Assembly: GCA_015486845.1 (NCBI GenBank)
Contig: WFQU01000160.1
Location: 3,313 to 67,312 of the forward strand
Length of the DNA stretch: 64,000 nt
Reading direction: 5' to 3'
Source: Anaerolineae bacterium
Lineage (GTDB): Bacteria; Chloroflexota; Anaerolineae; JAADDB01
A model generated the notes under the pieces. It did no database searches. It saw nothing but the letters and a program-made list of their open reading frames with translations, and had not been told where the DNA came from. The position numbers and the translations under genes were made by a program. Of the stretch, positions 62,209 to 64,000 are shown in pieces. The stretch's first letter is position 1, and every line of letters starts with the position of its first letter.

Positions 62209-62278
62209 CACAAGCTCCTCAAATCATTCACTTCACTAAGCACTACCATGCGCATCCTACGCAAAAGAAAACAATCTG

Positions 62279-62947
62279 TCAAATTTCCTCTCTTCCGATT
62301 GCAACGCGATAATCCAGGCAACAACGGCCAAAATGTTGATGGCAGACCTCAACAACCTCATATTCCGGCACTACACCAATAGAACACAAAAGTTCCGCCA
62401 CAAGCGATAGCGGCAAGCCCATCACATTCGCGTAGCAGCCATCCACCTCAGCGACAGGTCGGAAGGTACGGCTTTGCACGGCATAAGCACCCGCCTTGTC
62501 CAACGGATCTCCGCTGGCAACATAAGCTGCAACCTCAGCGGCGCTATAATTGCGCAGTAATACCGTGCTGCGTTCCACTTCCACCCGCAGCGGGCCCCGG
62601 CCAGCCAACACTACCGCTGTTATTACTTCATGCCGGCGGCCACGTAATGCTTTCAACATAGCGCTCGCTTCCTGCGGGCTGGCCGGCTTGCCCAAAACTT
62701 TCCCGTCCAGCACGACAATGGTATCGGCTGCCAAGATCGCAGCATCGGGGTAGTGCGCCATGACAAACTGCGCTTTCGCTGCAGCCAAACGTCGTACCAT
62801 CTGTTCAGGATTTTCGCTGGGCACCGGTCGTTCGTCCACATCAGTCGACACAGCGGTGAAAGTAATACCTAAATCGGTTAATAATTGGCGGCGTCTCGGC
62901 GATCCGGAAGCTAACACCAAGCGCGTAGCCCCACAAAGCGAAGTCAA
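62279..62947 (-). CDS. maf: Maf family nucleoside triphosphate pyrophosphatase
   Basis: LASGSPRRRQLL, ADTIV, LGKP, DKAGAY, NVMGLP. Confidence 0.96.
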   Translation of the reverse strand: MTSLCGATRLVLASGSPRRRQLLTDLGITFTAVSTDVDERPVPSENPEQMVRRLAAAKAQFVMAHYPDAAILAADTIVVLDGKVLGKPASPQEASAMLKALRGRRHEVITAVVLAGRGPLRVEVERSTVLLRNYSAAEVAAYVASGDPLDKAGAYAVQSRTFRPVAEVDGCYANVMGLPLSLVAELLCSIGVVPEYEVVEVCHQHFGRCCLDYRVAIGREEI

Positions 62948-62968
62948 GTGTTAATTTTCCCCTCACAC

Positions 62969-63016
62969 AAAAAACGGCGAGCCGCCCAGATTACAACCTC
63001 GGCGACCCGCCTTTTT
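62969..63016 (-). terminator. Terminator after the oxidoreductase gene
   Basis: Minus strand GGCGGGTCGCC...GGCGGCTCGCC (both mismatches G-U) followed by GTTTTTT. Confidence 0.65.
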
Positions 63017-63040
63017 CGCATCACTTACAACGACTCACGC

Positions 63041-64000
63041 TTATCGCAAACCAGCCATTTCTTGCAACATGTGCCAGTTAGCCAACCGATCCTGCATGGA
63101 CACATTAAGTATCTCTTTAGGCGTCCCATCAGGATAAAAATTCTTGGCAAAGCGCCCTTGCGTCCGAGCAAAAGTGATGAAATTCACTTCTTCCTTCGTT
63201 TTCGGATTCACATACCAGTCATCTTTCATGGCCGGATTGCCCTTCAAGCTCAGCCGCTCGCGAATGGTATCACCTTTGCGTGGATCGTACATTACCAGCG
63301 GGTAAGTTCTCGAATCGACAGCCAAACGAGCTGTCATCAAAGCTTCATCATCGCCGATACCGTGCTCCGGCATGCAAGCAGTGTAAACGACTACGACCGC
63401 CGGACCATCGAACGAATTAGCATCCATGATCGCTCTGTAAAAATGATTGATGTGCGCCGGCGTGGTCTGGGCCACAAAAGTGTTCGGATGCATCATAGCA
63501 ATGCGGGCAATCTCTTTCCGCCGTTCTGTTTTGCCGGGAATAGCCTTGCCGACTGCGGACATCTTGGCGTCCTGACCAGTAAAAGACGACGTAGAAGTTT
63601 GACCACCGGTGTTGGAATAAACCTGCGTGTCCAGAATCAACACCTTGATGTCCATCCCCGAGGCTAACATGCGGGAGAGAGCCTGGAAACCAATATCATA
63701 CATGGCGCCATCGCCACCGAATACCCAAAGCCGCTTCTTTCCCCAGCCTAACTGGTTCCAGCGCAACCGAACCCCCATGGCATCGGTCGCTGCGTTCTCG
63801 AACAGCGAATTCGTCCACGGCACCAAGAATGGATTATACGGATAGGTAGAACCATAGACAGTGTTACAGCCGGTGGCTGCCACGATGCCGATATTCTCCC
63901 GGCCGTACACAAAGCCGGTAGCTGCTAACATCATGCGAATGCTCGTCGCCTCGCCGCAACCGGCACACGAACCAGCACCGCCCACGTAAAGCAAAGCATG
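63041..64000 (-). CDS. Pyruvate:ferredoxin/flavodoxin oxidoreductase, C-terminal TPP-binding part (truncated by window)
   Basis: GSCAGCGE, ATGC, NSLFEN, GGDGAMYDIG, DTQVYSNTGGQ. Confidence 0.93.
   Translation of the reverse strand, partial: HALLYVGGAGSCAGCGEATSIRMMLAATGFVYGRENIGIVAATGCNTVYGSTYPYNPFLVPWTNSLFENAATDAMGVRLRWNQLGWGKKRLWVFGGDGAMYDIGFQALSRMLASGMDIKVLILDTQVYSNTGGQTSTSSFTGQDAKMSAVGKAIPGKTERRKEIARIAMMHPNTFVAQTTPAHINHFYRAIMDANSFDGPAVVVVYTACMPEHGIGDDEALMTARLAVDSRTYPLVMYDPRKGDTIRERLSLKGNPAMKDDWYVNPKTKEEVNFITFARTQGRFAKNFYPDGTPKEILNVSMQDRLANWHMLQEMAGLR

Noticed and set aside
62948..63667. Long antisense ORFs (also 2829-3542, 13184-13834, 14339-15112, 16178-16807, 38996-39625)
   Set aside because: Shadow frames of well-supported genes in GC-rich sequence, with no motifs or RBS.

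Overview
Bacterial chromosomal window, most likely Chloroflexota (Anaerolineae/Caldilineae-like). This is inferred from Pro/Thr-rich secreted proteins, the dcw layout and the repeat types, not from a marker gene. Left to right: 5' part of aspS; AIM24-family gene; FAD oxidoreductase; decayed LysE; MFS transporter; a glycosylation cluster (GT2, GT4, GtrA, O-antigen-ligase-like); smpB; moeA; lepB; GT4; deoC; a ProRS paralogue; a GtrB-like GT2; a liv-type ABC operon ending in alr; aldo-keto reductase; a LamG/PT-repeat secreted protein; pncB/pncA; a near-complete dcw cluster (no murE, two extra membrane genes); Hcy methyltransferase with DUF1638; an rseP-led operon; several small ORFs; maf; and the 3' part of a pyruvate:ferredoxin oxidoreductase. 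No rRNA, tRNA, CRISPR or transposase was seen. Two things stand out. (1) The ProRS paralogue has lost its aminoacylation motifs but keeps its editing (INS) and anticodon-binding domains. (2) Modular palindromic intergenic repeats are almost always co-oriented with the adjacent downstream gene, show compensatory changes, nest inside each other and appear to supply Shine-Dalgarno sites. Family assignments come from motif recognition by eye; no searches were run.
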